This document shows positions 30,638-41,116 of a DNA stretch of 64,000 nt, piece by piece. Each line of letters begins with the position of its first letter. Within the stretch, counting starts at the first letter, position 1. Source of the DNA: Nannocystis bainbridge. GTDB taxonomy: Bacteria > Myxococcota_A > Polyangia > Nannocystales > Nannocystaceae. The stretch covers positions 1,792,001 through 1,856,000 of the forward strand of contig NZ_JAQNDL010000001.1 in assembly GCF_028368995.1 (NCBI RefSeq). The letters are read 5' to 3'. The position numbers and the translations under genes were made by a program. The notes beneath the pieces were generated by a model. That model was not told where the DNA came from. It did no database searches and saw only the letters and a program-made list of their open reading frames with translations.

Positions 30638-32527
30638 ATGGCGACTCCTCTCCTCACGGCGGCCGCCGATCCGCATGACCACGCCCGCGCGGCCGATGCG
30701 AACGCCGCAGGCTCGCCGCTCCTCCGGCTGCTGGGATACGTCGGGCCGCACCGCAAATACGCCGCCCTGACGATCTGCTTCGGCGTGCTGGGCTTCGCCC
30801 TCTCGTTCGTGTACCCGTGGCTCATCGGCTCGGCCGTCGACGTGATCGTCGCGCCGCCCGACCCGGCGTTCCCGCTCGCGGCGCGCGTGGCGACCCTGCG
30901 GCGATTGACCGAGTTCGCCGCGCTGACGGCCATCGGCCACGCCGTCGTCGTCTACGGCCGCGGCCACTTCAACATCCGCCTCGGCTACGGGATCGTCGCC
31001 GACATCCGCCGCGAGCTGTTCGACCACCTGCAGAAGCTCAGCCTCCTCTTCTTCACCCGCGAGCGCACCGGGGCGATCCTCGCCCGCGTCGTCCACGACG
31101 TCCACGAGGCGGCCTCGCTGATCTACATGGGCCTCATCGTCGCCGCCCTCGACGCCGTGCAGCTGGCGATCGCGGTCGCGCTGCTGCTCGCTATCAGCTG
31201 GAAGCTGACCCTCGCCTGCCTGCTGCTGTTCCCGCTCTACATCCTCGTGTTCGCGGTGATGAACCCGCGGGTCCAGCGAGCCAGCGAACGCATGCACGGT
31301 CAGCTGACCCGGATCTCCGGCAACCTCGTCGAACAAATCTCGGGCCAGGCGCTCATCAAGACCTACACAGCCGAGCGGCGCGAGGCCCGGCGCTTCGCCG
31401 AGCAGGTCGCGCGCCACGAGGGCCTGGTCGTGGCGCAGAGCCACGAGGGCCACCTCGTCGCCTCCTTCGGCCAGCTCCTCGTCGACGTCGGCACGACCCT
31501 CGTCCTCGGCTACGGCGGCTGGCTCGCGCTCCACGGCGAGATGACCGCGGGCACCATGACCCGCTTCCTCGGCTATCTGCTCATCCTGTTCGGCCCGGTC
31601 CGGCGCTTCGCCGAGCTCAACATCGTCTATCAGACCAGCATCTCGGCGATGCGCCGGGTGTTCCGCATGCTCGAGGTCCAGCCGTGCGTCGTCGAGCCGG
31701 CCCGGCCGCACCGGGTCGCGCCGCAGCGGGGCCACGTCCGCTTCGAGGACGTCAGCTTCCGCTACCGGCAGGACTGCGACGAGTCGCGCGTGGGCCTGGA
31801 CGACGACCGCGACACCTCGACCGCGAGCCTCGCCCGCGACGCTCCTTGCGTGCTCGACCACGTCACGCTCGAGGCCCGCCCGGGCGAGCTCATCGCCGTC
31901 GTCGGCCCGTCCGGCGCCGGCAAGACGACCCTGCTGTCGCTGCTGCCGCGGCTCTACGACGTCACCTCCGGGCGCGTGCTGATCGATGGGGTGGACGTGC
32001 GCGACTACTCGCTCACCGCCCTGCGCGCCGCCGTCGGCATCGTCCAGCAGGAGTCGTTCATCTTCACGGGCACGGTCCGCGAGAACATCGCCTACGGCCG
32101 CCCGGACGCTGCCGACGAGGAGATCGAGGCGGCCGCCCGGGCGGCCTACGCCCACGAGTTCATCACCCGCCTGGGCGACGGCTACGACACCCGGCTCGGC
32201 GAGCGCGGCGTCAATCTCTCGGGCGGCCAGCGCCAGCGGATCTCGATCGCCCGCGCGCTCCTCAAGGATCCGCGGATCCTCATCCTCGACGAGGCGACCA
32301 GCTCGCTCGACGCCGAGAGCGAGGCGATCGTCCAGCGCGCGCTCGAGGTCCTCATGCGCTCCCGGACTTGCCTCGTCATCGCCCATCGACTCAGCACGAT
32401 CCGCAAGGCCGACCGCATCTTCGTCCTCGACGCCGGCCGCGTCGTCGAGTGCGGCACCCACCGCGAGCTGCTCGCCCGCGACGGCGCCTATACCCGACTC
32501 GTCCGCCACCAGGCCGCGGTCGGGTGA
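30638..32527 (+). CDS. ABC exporter, fused permease/ATP-binding (MsbA-like)
   Basis: Multi-TM N-terminal domain; GPSGAGKTT, LSGGQRQR, ILDEATSSLD, IAHRLST. Confidence 0.95.
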   Translation: MATPLLTAAADPHDHARAADANAAGSPLLRLLGYVGPHRKYAALTICFGVLGFALSFVYPWLIGSAVDVIVAPPDPAFPLAARVATLRRLTEFAALTAIGHAVVVYGRGHFNIRLGYGIVADIRRELFDHLQKLSLLFFTRERTGAILARVVHDVHEAASLIYMGLIVAALDAVQLAIAVALLLAISWKLTLACLLLFPLYILVFAVMNPRVQRASERMHGQLTRISGNLVEQISGQALIKTYTAERREARRFAEQVARHEGLVVAQSHEGHLVASFGQLLVDVGTTLVLGYGGWLALHGEMTAGTMTRFLGYLLILFGPVRRFAELNIVYQTSISAMRRVFRMLEVQPCVVEPARPHRVAPQRGHVRFEDVSFRYRQDCDESRVGLDDDRDTSTASLARDAPCVLDHVTLEARPGELIAVVGPSGAGKTTLLSLLPRLYDVTSGRVLIDGVDVRDYSLTALRAAVGIVQQESFIFTGTVRENIAYGRPDAADEEIEAAARAAYAHEFITRLGDGYDTRLGERGVNLSGGQRQRISIARALLKDPRILILDEATSSLDAESEAIVQRALEVLMRSRTCLVIAHRLSTIRKADRIFVLDAGRVVECGTHRELLARDGAYTRLVRHQAAVG

Positions 32528-32549
32528 TCCTCCTCGACAGGCCGCGCCC

Positions 32550-33383
32550 TCAGCGAGAGGCCGCTTTTGATGCCAGCGAGTCCGACGACGCTGCAGGACC
32601 GTCAGGCCTGGAACGACCGCCGGGCCGCGTGAAGTAGGCGGCGCTCTCCTCGTCCGCGGGGTAGTACGATTCGATGGCGATCTCGTCCAGCGTGATGTCC
32701 ATCGGGGTGCCGAACGTGGTGATGGTCGAGAACAGGCGCAGCTCCCGTCCCTCGACGCGGACGATCATCGGGATCAGGACGTCGGATTCGACAGTCCGGC
32801 CCGGCGCCTCATCGGGGTCGGACGCCAGCAGCTCCTCGTAGAGCGCGAGCAGCTCGGCGTCGGGAGCGACGGCGAGCTGGCGCGTGAGCCGGGCGCGGAA
32901 CACCGCGCGCACGTCGGCCAGGTTGACGACCAGCGAAGCGAGCCCCCGCGGGTCCAGCCCCAGCCGCACCAGGTTGACCGGCGGCCGCAGCAGGTCGGGG
33001 GCGACGTGGGCGAAGAACGGGTCGACGGCGCGGTTGGTCATGACGATGTTCCACCGGCGATCGAAGACCAGCGCGGGATAGGGCTCGTGCGCGCGCAGCA
33101 CCCTCCCGACCGCGTCCCGGGCCGCCGCCAGCGCGCCGTCGTCGAGCGGCCGCTCGGCGTACCGGGGTGCGAAGCCCGCGGCGAGCAGCAGCCGGTTGCG
33201 CTCGCGCAGCGGCACGCCGAGCTGCTTCGCCAGCCGGAGGACCATGTCGGCGCTCGGGTTGGACTTGCCGGTCTCGACCAGGCTGACGTGACGCGGCGAG
33301 ACGTCGGCGGCGAGCGCGAGCTCCAGCTGGCTGAGCCGCCGACGATGTCGCCACTGCCGCAGGAGTTCCCCGACCGTGTTCAC
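32550..33383 (-). CDS. XRE-family HTH regulator with MmyB-like ligand-binding domain
   Basis: LRQWRHRRRLSQLELAL..HVSLVETG; HEPYPALVFDR; LFSTITTFGTP. Confidence 0.9.
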   Translation of the reverse strand: MNTVGELLRQWRHRRRLSQLELALAADVSPRHVSLVETGKSNPSADMVLRLAKQLGVPLRERNRLLLAAGFAPRYAERPLDDGALAAARDAVGRVLRAHEPYPALVFDRRWNIVMTNRAVDPFFAHVAPDLLRPPVNLVRLGLDPRGLASLVVNLADVRAVFRARLTRQLAVAPDAELLALYEELLASDPDEAPGRTVESDVLIPMIVRVEGRELRLFSTITTFGTPMDITLDEIAIESYYPADEESAAYFTRPGGRSRPDGPAASSDSLASKAASR

Positions 33384-33469
33384 GCTCGTCGAGAGTACCC
33401 GTCCGCGAGCGGAGCGCCATGAAATCGGAGTTCATCGACAGCCGTCGCGACCGCGGAAACACTGCGGCC

Positions 33470-33880
33470 ATGACCACGGACAACAGAAACATCGTCGAAC
33501 GGGCGCTGGCGCGGGTGATCGAGACGGGCGACATCGACACGCTCGAACCGCTGCTGAGCGCGGACTTCGTGCACCACCGGCCGGGCTCGAGCTCTCGGAC
33601 CCGGGCGGAGTGGCTCGCCGCCGCCCGCCCGGTGCCGATGGGCGACATGCAGGTCGAGATCCAGCACATGCTGGCCGCCGGCGACCACGTCGTGATGTAC
33701 TCGCAGCGCCGGCTCCCGGGCGCCGGTCCGGGGATCGCGGTCGTCGACATCTGGCGGTTCGAGGCCGGGCTGATCGCCGAGGCGTGGGAGATCATCGAGC
33801 CAGTGGCCCAGGCACCCGCCAACTTCGAGTGGTGGAAGTCCGCCGCCCATCCCCGCGGGCGCGAGGCGCCGGTGGCATGA
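33470..33880 (+). CDS. SnoaL-like/NTF2 family protein
   Basis: LSADFVHH..HMLAAGDHVV..VVDIWRFEAGLIAEAWEII; divergent from the XRE regulator. Confidence 0.85.
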   Translation: MTTDNRNIVERALARVIETGDIDTLEPLLSADFVHHRPGSSSRTRAEWLAAARPVPMGDMQVEIQHMLAAGDHVVMYSQRRLPGAGPGIAVVDIWRFEAGLIAEAWEIIEPVAQAPANFEWWKSAAHPRGREAPVA

Positions 33881-34009
33881 TCTCGTGGGGTGCGAATCGC
33901 TAAGCTCCGCGCCGTTGTCGGCCGGTTCGACGAGGATGCCGCGGTCCCTCGCTGAGACAGCGGGCGAGAGCTCCTCCGCCCCTCGCCCTCGACGGGTAAC
34001 ATGGCGCCC

Positions 34010-34588
34010 ATGCCCACGCCGGAGCACTGCCTCGTCTTCCTCGTCGCGCTGCTCGTCGCATGCGCCGGTCCATCACCGAGCGGCGTGCGACCGCCGCCCG
34101 CGGACACGACGGCGGATCTGCTGCCGTGCGCCGGCCGCTCCCGTCGCTCCCGCGAACGCGACCCCACGCTCGGCACCATTCACGTCCGCGTCTGGTGCGA
34201 GCGGGACCACGTGATCGTCGAGCGCCGCGGCGCGGCGTGGGCGGAGCGCTGCCTCGTCGAACGCGAGCACGGTTTGACGATCTGGGATGCCGCCCGCCGC
34301 GACCAGGTCGCGGCCGCCCTCGCCGCGCTGCCCGCTCGCGCTGCAAGCCCCCCGCAGCCCGCGCCACGTCCGGACCCGCAGCCCATGACCGAGGAGCGAG
34401 CGGTCGCTATGACCCAGACGAGCTGCCCGTGCCCCCGTGTCGGCGACTTCCGCGGCGAACACTGCTGGGACCACCCGTGCGATCCGTCCCCGCTGCCGGA
34501 CCCCACGCCGGCGAGCCCGACCTCCGACCAGCCCCTCGTCCCCGACCTCTTCCCGCTCGCGTCCCGCTGTTCGACCGTCCTGCAGTGA
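34010..34588 (+). CDS. Hypothetical lipoprotein
   Basis: LVFLVALLVAC lipobox; TAACAT 7 nt before ATG 34010. Confidence 0.55.
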   Translation: MPTPEHCLVFLVALLVACAGPSPSGVRPPPADTTADLLPCAGRSRRSRERDPTLGTIHVRVWCERDHVIVERRGAAWAERCLVEREHGLTIWDAARRDQVAAALAALPARAASPPQPAPRPDPQPMTEERAVAMTQTSCPCPRVGDFRGEHCWDHPCDPSPLPDPTPASPTSDQPLVPDLFPLASRCSTVLQ

Positions 34589-34724
34589 ACGACGATCGCT
34601 GCGGCCTCGCCGGGCTCGAGATATCCGCCGCACGCCAGAGGCACGTCAAGCTCGTCCGCGGCCGGGCGCCCGATGGGCTCGCGCTCACCGGACGCCGGCG
34701 CGACCGGCTCGACTCGCCTGCATT

Positions 34725-35441
34725 TCACTCGCTGGCCGGGCAGCCAGGCACGCTCAACCGGGCCCGCGCTTGCTCCTCGAGCCGTTGCATCGCGTCATGC
34801 AGAAGATCGCTGGCCGCGAGCGACGTGCCGCGCGGGACCACCCGCGACACCTCGGCGCCGTTGCTCGCGGCCACCGCGAACGCGCCCTCGAGCACCGGCG
34901 GGTCCGCGAAGCGATAGACCAACGCCCAGCCCTCCCAGCGGGCGTCACGCACGATCGCTCGCGCGCCGGGTTCGGGGCTGTCCCCCAGCTCGCCCTGCTC
35001 GATGCGGCTCGGCCTGAAGACGACGAGGGTGTCCACGGGAGCGAGCGTCTCCGCGGCCGCGCGCAGGCCGGCGGCCTCGCTCGTCGAGGCCCCCGACTTG
35101 TCGAGCGTATTCTGCGCGTCAGCCTTGTTCCACATGCGCTGAAAGCCCTCGTCGGTCAGGTTCATGCGCTCCCACTGCTCGACCTGGGTGGGCTTCTCGA
35201 GCAGGTACTCCAGCTGCGCGAAGTGGATGGCCGCGAGCTTGCTCGTCGCCACGCGGGGAGCACACGCGATGCTCGTCTCGCTGCCCGGCGCCGGCAGTGC
35301 AGCATCGACCGCAGCGAGCCTGGTGCGGATCGGTGCGAGGGTCTCGTACGCGGACCAGAACGCCTGCGCCTCCTCGGCGGATGGGCCCGATCCACAGGCG
35401 GCGAGGAGCGCGACGAAGGGGACGGCGAACCCGCGATGCAT
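34725..35441 (-). CDS. Hypothetical lipoprotein
   Basis: MHRGFAVPFVALLAAC lipobox; coding-like bias. Confidence 0.7.
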   Translation of the reverse strand: MHRGFAVPFVALLAACGSGPSAEEAQAFWSAYETLAPIRTRLAAVDAALPAPGSETSIACAPRVATSKLAAIHFAQLEYLLEKPTQVEQWERMNLTDEGFQRMWNKADAQNTLDKSGASTSEAAGLRAAAETLAPVDTLVVFRPSRIEQGELGDSPEPGARAIVRDARWEGWALVYRFADPPVLEGAFAVAASNGAEVSRVVPRGTSLAASDLLHDAMQRLEEQARARLSVPGCPASE

Positions 35442-35741
35442 CGGCGGCACCTATAACCCTGGCGCGACGCGGATCGCAACACCTTGGCGACGCATCGCTG
35501 GCGGACGAAGAAGTGGAGCGGATGAAGGGTCGAGGCGGCGATTCTCGGAGGGACGACGCTGTCAGCGAACCATCGCCGGGACGTCGCGGCGCTCGAGGAA
35601 ATTGATTTCGAGCGCGTGGTCCCGCTGGGCGCGACTTCTCGCGGAGAGGTCTTCGAGCTCCTCGCGCGCGCGGGGTCCGTCGCCGCGTGACCCCGCCGAG
35701 AGCGCCTGCGAGTACGCCGGGGAGGGCGTACTCTCCCGTGC

Positions 35742-36293
35742 GTGGAGCTCGAGCTCGATCTGGAAAGCGCCCGCCTCGTTCTCCTCGGCGAGGACGGCGA
35801 AGACCGGTGGTCGGTCCGCCTCGAAGCATCGGCGCTTCGAGACGCGTGTTTCCGCGAGGCGTTCCTCTGGCGGCCCGGCGGTGTGGCGTGCGTCGGCGCA
35901 GGGGAGCATGTGTGGCTCTTCGATCTCGCGTCCGGCGCCCCTCGCCTGCACCTCGACGTTCATCGCTCCGGTTCCTCCTTCTTCGGCCATTTCGGACACG
36001 CGACTCTCGGCGACGGCACCGAGCTGCTCATCGTGCTCACCTGCACCGACGTGATCGCTATCGATGCGTCGCTGTCGATCCGATGGACGGCCCGCGACGT
36101 CGCCGTCGATGGCATCACGGGGGCTGACGGCTGCCGCGACGGCGACCGGCTGGTCGTGCACGCCGAGCGGGACCCGCCGGGCGGGTGGTTCGAGGTCACG
36201 CTCGACGCCCGAACCGGTGGCGAGCTCGCAAGCACGCCGAGCTTCTCACCGGGCTACGTCGGCAGGTACGGCGCGGGACCGGCCGAGACCTGA
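35742..36293 (+). CDS. Hypothetical beta-rich protein (DPPGGW motif)
   Basis: Coding-like; ..VAVDGIT..HAERDPPGGWFEVTLDARTG; start uncertain. Confidence 0.65.
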   Translation: MELELDLESARLVLLGEDGEDRWSVRLEASALRDACFREAFLWRPGGVACVGAGEHVWLFDLASGAPRLHLDVHRSGSSFFGHFGHATLGDGTELLIVLTCTDVIAIDASLSIRWTARDVAVDGITGADGCRDGDRLVVHAERDPPGGWFEVTLDARTGGELASTPSFSPGYVGRYGAGPAET

Positions 36294-36531
36294 AAGTCGC
36301 AACCGTGAGCCGCGCGCAGCTCGCCATCGCCGGGGCGGCCGGCGCCCCGCGCGTGCTCGGACGGGCCGCAAGAGCGGGGGCGAGGGCCTCCCATGAGACA
36401 TGTCCTGGAGGTCATGTCCTGCGAGACACTCGAGTCGGGGTGATCCCATGACCACTGAGGGCCTCGTTCAGTGCTATCTAAATATGGGCCCCCGGCCAGG
36501 GGCTCGCTCTGGCGAGCGGAAGGTCCGGCGC

Positions 36532-38154
36532 TTACTTCTGAGACGGCCGCGCATCGAGCGGCAGCGTGACGGTGAAGGTGGTCCCGACCCCCGCGGCGCT
36601 CTCGACCTCGACGGAACCGCCGTGGGCCTCGGCGCAGGCGCGGACGAACGCCAGCCCGAGCCCCCAGCTCTCCTCTGCCTTCGGCGCCCGACGTCGCTGC
36701 GAGAACACGTCGAAGATGTGCTCGCGGTGCTCGTCGGGGATCGGGTCACCGAAGTTGTGGACCGACACGCGCACGTCATCGCCGCGACGCGCGAGCCGGA
36801 TGGCGACCTGCGTGTCGGCACGCCCGTACTTGAGCGCGTTGACGATGAGGTTCCACAACGCCCGGCGGAGCTCGTCGCGGCTCCACATGCCGCGAACATC
36901 CCCTTCGGCTTCGATGACGAAGCGCGGGCCGTGCTGGGCCTCGAGGTCCTGGACGACGTCCTCGGCGACCTCGCGGAGGTCGCACGCGGCGATGTTCAGC
37001 GGCAAGCGCTGTCCCGCCTCCATCCGGCTGACGTCGAGGAGGTCGCGGATCATGAGATCGACGCGCTCGAGGTTGCGATCGATCCGGGCGACGATATCGG
37101 GCCGGGCGGCCCGGTCGCCGAGCCGTACCAGGATCTGGGCGCTCATCTTGGCGCTGGCCAGCGGACCGCGGAGGTCGTGCGCGAGGATGGCCGTGAAGCG
37201 CTCCCGCAGCGCGCGTTCGGCCTCCAGCTCATCGATCCGAAGCCGCAGCTCCGCGTGCAGGTGCCCGTTCTCGAGGTGCAGGGTCATGCCCTCGCCGAGC
37301 GCTTCGATGCGCCGGAGCTCACGGGTGGAGAATGGCCCCTGGACGCGCGTGCCCACGTACATGACGCCGCGGATCCGGTCGCGCTGCGGGAGGCGCACGC
37401 CGAGCAGCGAGTGGATGCCGCTGCGTCGCAGCGCGTCGCTGACCACGAGCTCGGTCGTCGCGACGTCGTCGATGGCGACCGGCTCCGCGCTCGCGGCCAT
37501 CAGGCCGGTGACCGTCGCAGGGTCGAGCGACGTCATGATCTCTTGCAAGTCGTCCTCGGCGAGCCCGACCGCGGCCTGGGTCACCAACAGTTCGCTCCGC
37601 GGATCATAGAGGAACAGCGCCGCGCACTGCGCCGCCATCGCCTCCATGATCACCGCCAGCATCTCCTTCAGGTGCTCTCCCAGCGGCGCCCCGGGTGCGT
37701 GGAGCGCCTGGTCGGCCAGCGTCCGCAGCTGTCGGAGGAAACGCTTCTCCTGCTGCTCGTCGAGCTGCATGTGCACCTGGAACGAGTCCGTCGTCCGCAC
37801 CATGATGCTCTGCAGTGCGATGAAGATCCGCGCGAGCTCATCGGGGGACGGCCGTTCGTCCGCCGGGGCCATCGCTGCGCAGGACGAGATGCAACGCTCG
37901 AGGATGGCGAACTCCTCCACCGCCTCCCCGACTTCGAAGCCCCAGCGGATTCGATCCGACAGGTGGCTCTCGATGTGACGCATGAGAACCTTCCAGTCGG
38001 CGCCGCCCGTCAGCGCCGCCAGACAGACCGGCATCAAGTTCTTGAGCTCGACGTCGGACAGCCCACGAGCGGACGCGGCGCGGCTGGCCTCGCTGGCCCA
38101 CGTCTTGAGGATCTCGTCACCATGACGGTCGAGGAAACCGGTCGAGGACGCCAC
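36532..38154 (-). CDS. Histidine kinase with RsbRD-N-like and GAF domains
   Basis: HGDEILKTW..HLSDRIRWGF N-terminal domain; GAF; LAHDLRGP; NLIVNALKYG; WGLGLAFV; TACAAT 6 nt before GTG 38154. Confidence 0.9.
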   Translation of the reverse strand: MASSTGFLDRHGDEILKTWASEASRAASARGLSDVELKNLMPVCLAALTGGADWKVLMRHIESHLSDRIRWGFEVGEAVEEFAILERCISSCAAMAPADERPSPDELARIFIALQSIMVRTTDSFQVHMQLDEQQEKRFLRQLRTLADQALHAPGAPLGEHLKEMLAVIMEAMAAQCAALFLYDPRSELLVTQAAVGLAEDDLQEIMTSLDPATVTGLMAASAEPVAIDDVATTELVVSDALRRSGIHSLLGVRLPQRDRIRGVMYVGTRVQGPFSTRELRRIEALGEGMTLHLENGHLHAELRLRIDELEAERALRERFTAILAHDLRGPLASAKMSAQILVRLGDRAARPDIVARIDRNLERVDLMIRDLLDVSRMEAGQRLPLNIAACDLREVAEDVVQDLEAQHGPRFVIEAEGDVRGMWSRDELRRALWNLIVNALKYGRADTQVAIRLARRGDDVRVSVHNFGDPIPDEHREHIFDVFSQRRRAPKAEESWGLGLAFVRACAEAHGGSVEVESAAGVGTTFTVTLPLDARPSQK

Positions 38155-38592
38155 ATCATGATTGTACTCCGAGATCCGTACCGCGGCAGACAGCGCGTCG
38201 ACTACACTCGATCTCCGTCGAGAACGACGTAATAAAGTCGTCGATATCGGTTCACCGATCGATCGCTTGAGCTCGAGCACGTTTGGCCGAGCGCACCAGC
38301 TTCAGCCCGCTGCGAGTGCGGTCGCCGCGACATCGAGCGGCGGACGCGGCCAGCGGCCGAGGCTGCGACGATGCATCCGCAGGTCTCGCTCGCGCGCGTG
38401 ATCGTCGACGCGCTGCGGCTGCGTCGGCTGACGCCATGAACAGGACGGCGGCGCCAGGCGCTGACTGTGAGACGTACGACACGACGTGTCGCGCGCGAAC
38501 CGCCGCCTGCGGCGAGTGACCGCGCGACCCCAGCCCGGCCGCCCGCTGGCGCCCGCAGGATTCGCGGCCACACTCCGCCACGGACGCGTCCG

Positions 38593-40011
38593 ATGCAGCG
38601 AATGACCGGACTCGACGCGAGCTTCCTTTACATGGAGTCGCCGTCGGTGTCGATGCACACAGTCATCCTCATGCTCATGGACGTGTCGCAGGTACCGGGC
38701 GGCTACTCCTTCGCCCGGATCAGGCGGCTGTTCGAGCGCCGCGTCCACCTGATCCCCCTGCTCCGGCGCAGGATCGTGGAGGTCCCGGGCGACCTCTACC
38801 ATCCGGTGTGGATCGAGGATCCCGCGCTCGACCTCTCCCAGCACCTGCGACGGGCGAAGCTGGCGCCCCGCGGCGACAGACGCGCCCTCGAGTCCCTGGT
38901 CGGCGAGCTCCTCTCGACTCCCATGAGCCGCGCCCGCCCGCTGTGGGAGATCACGTTCGTCGAAGGCCTCGAAGAGCACCGAGTGGCGCTCCTGTGCAAG
39001 GTGCACCACGCGGTCATCGACGGGGCGGCGATGACCACAGTGCTGGAGCGGGTGATGACCAGCGATCGGGACGACCACGTCGTGGCGCCCCCGACGAGCA
39101 CGTGGGCCGCGGAGCCGCTACCCGGCGCGCGGCAGCTCGTCCTCGACGCGCTCCACGATCGTCTGCGGGGCCTGTCCCGGCTGCCACGCCTCCTCGGAAG
39201 GACGGCGCGCGCCGCCGTGCAGCTGTTGCAGCGCACGCGCGGCCACAAGCTCTCGCTCCCCTTCATCGGCCCCCGGACCGCGTTCAACGCCCCGCTCACG
39301 CCGCGACGCAGCTTCGCCACGGTCGACCTGCCGCTCGCGGACGTGCTGGCCATCAAGACCCTGACTGGTTGCACGCTCAACGACGTCGTCCTCGGCGTGG
39401 TTGCCGGCGCGCTTCGGCGCTATTTGGAGGGCCACGGCGAGGTCCATCGTCGACCGTTGCTGGCGAGCGTCCCGGTCGCCACGGGGGGACTCGAGGACGT
39501 GCGTCTCAGCGGAAACAAGGTGTCGAGCCTCCTCGTCTCGCTGCGCACGGATGTCGCCGATCCGCTGGCGCGCCTGCGAGAGATCCACGCGCTCACGGAG
39601 GCGGCCAAGGACGCCCACGATCACGAGATCGGCGGCCTGCTCGAGCAATGGAGCGAGTACGCGCGCCCCTGGCTGATGCAGCTGTTCATGAACCAGGTGC
39701 TGCCCCGCCTGCCGCGACCGCCGGTCAACCTCGTGATCTCGAACGTGCGCGGGGCGACGGAGACGCGATACCTCGTCGGCTCCGCGCTCGACAGCATTTA
39801 CCTCGGCGGGCCGCTGCTCGCGCAGATCGGCCTCAACCTCACGGTGTGGAGCTACCGCGACACGCTGCACCTCGCCGCGGTCGGTTGCCCCGACACCCTC
39901 CCCGATCTCCGCGCCCTGCTCGCAGAATGCGAGCACGCGCTCGCCGAGCTCGTCGTCGCGGTCCAGAGCGCCGGGCCGGATCGCGGCCATCGCATCCAGT
40001 CCCATGAATGA
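38593..40011 (+). CDS. Wax ester synthase/diacylglycerol acyltransferase (WS/DGAT)
   Basis: MTGLDASFLYME, RPLWE, KVHHAVIDG catalytic motif, TLNDVVL, NLVISNVRG. Confidence 0.93.
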   Translation: MQRMTGLDASFLYMESPSVSMHTVILMLMDVSQVPGGYSFARIRRLFERRVHLIPLLRRRIVEVPGDLYHPVWIEDPALDLSQHLRRAKLAPRGDRRALESLVGELLSTPMSRARPLWEITFVEGLEEHRVALLCKVHHAVIDGAAMTTVLERVMTSDRDDHVVAPPTSTWAAEPLPGARQLVLDALHDRLRGLSRLPRLLGRTARAAVQLLQRTRGHKLSLPFIGPRTAFNAPLTPRRSFATVDLPLADVLAIKTLTGCTLNDVVLGVVAGALRRYLEGHGEVHRRPLLASVPVATGGLEDVRLSGNKVSSLLVSLRTDVADPLARLREIHALTEAAKDAHDHEIGGLLEQWSEYARPWLMQLFMNQVLPRLPRPPVNLVISNVRGATETRYLVGSALDSIYLGGPLLAQIGLNLTVWSYRDTLHLAAVGCPDTLPDLRALLAECEHALAELVVAVQSAGPDRGHRIQSHE

Positions 40012-41092
40012 CGACGAGACAGACGCCGTTCGGCGCGAACAGGCTCGCAGGCTCATCCTGCTCGCGACGGTGGTAGGCGCGTTCTACCTCTGTTGGTTGA
40101 TGCTCGAGCCGTTCGTCGACGTGCTCCTGTGGGCAGGGGTGTTGACCTTGACCTTCGAGCCCGTCCACCGGCGAATCCTCGCGCACGTGAGGCGGCCCGA
40201 CCTGAGCGCCGGGTTGTCGACCCTGTTCGTGGTGGTCGTGATCGGAGCGCCCATGGGTCTCGTGGCGTGGGCGATCGCCCGCGAGATCGCGCCGGCGATC
40301 GGGATGCTGCAGACCGGGCTCGGGCAGCTCCTCGACCCCGACTCCGAGCTCACCGGACCGGCGATGCGGTGGCTGGGTCGCCACGTCGACCTGGCGCAGA
40401 TCCGGCACCAGATCAGCGAACAGCTGCGAGCGCTCGGCATGCAGCTCGCCAACCGGACGCTCGGCGTGCTCGGCAACGTGCTCGGCCTGTTCATTCGGGC
40501 GCTGTTCGTCGTATTCGTCGCGTATTACCTGTTCCGCGACGGGAGGATGGTGCGCGACGCGATGGCGAGCGCGATCCCCCTGCAAGACCGACAGACCCGC
40601 GAGATCCTGCGCCGAATCGGCGAGGTCGTCGGCGCCAGCGTCCACGGCGTGCTCGTCATCGCGACGCTTCAGGGCGTGCTCGGCGGCCTGGCGTTCGCCG
40701 TGCTCGGCGTGCCCTCGGCCATCATCTGGGGGGTGGCGATGGTCTTCCTGTCGCTCATCCCGCTCGCCGGCGCGTTCGTGGTCTGGATCCCGGCGGCGAT
40801 CTACCTCTTCGCGTCCGGCGCGTGGATAAAGGGCATCCTGCTCGCGCTCTGGGGGGTTCTGGTCATCAGCCTGGTCGACAACTTCCTGCGGCCCCGGCTC
40901 GTCGGTAAGCGGGCCAAGCTGCACGAGCTCTTCATCTTCTTCGCGGTGCTCGGCGGATTGCAAGTGTTCGGGCTCATCGGCCTGGTGCTCGGGCCGGTGG
41001 TGCTGGCGATCGCCCTCTCGCTGTTCGAGGCGTTCCGCCACCCCGGGGACGCCGCGGCCGCTCCCCCGCCGGATCCGGCTCCGGTGCAGTGA
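40004..41092 (+). CDS. AI-2E family transporter
   Basis: Multi-TM; YYLFRDG, DNFLRPRLVG, GGLQVFGLIGLVLGP; overlaps the WS/DGAT stop. Confidence 0.92.
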   Translation: MNDDETDAVRREQARRLILLATVVGAFYLCWLMLEPFVDVLLWAGVLTLTFEPVHRRILAHVRRPDLSAGLSTLFVVVVIGAPMGLVAWAIAREIAPAIGMLQTGLGQLLDPDSELTGPAMRWLGRHVDLAQIRHQISEQLRALGMQLANRTLGVLGNVLGLFIRALFVVFVAYYLFRDGRMVRDAMASAIPLQDRQTREILRRIGEVVGASVHGVLVIATLQGVLGGLAFAVLGVPSAIIWGVAMVFLSLIPLAGAFVVWIPAAIYLFASGAWIKGILLALWGVLVISLVDNFLRPRLVGKRAKLHELFIFFAVLGGLQVFGLIGLVLGPVVLAIALSLFEAFRHPGDAAAAPPPDPAPVQ

Positions 41093-41116
41093 TCGCAGTC
41101 GCCGAATCGCAGGACC

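Noticed and set aside
30638-33880. RiPP or secondary-metabolite cluster around the ABC exporter, MmyB-like regulator and SnoaL
   Set aside because: No precursor peptide, peptidase domain, synthetase or tailoring enzymes; the genes are not operonic
38395-38439. VIVDALRLRRLTP* resembling a heavy-metal P-type ATPase C-terminus
   Set aside because: Only about 13 residues; cannot be told from chance
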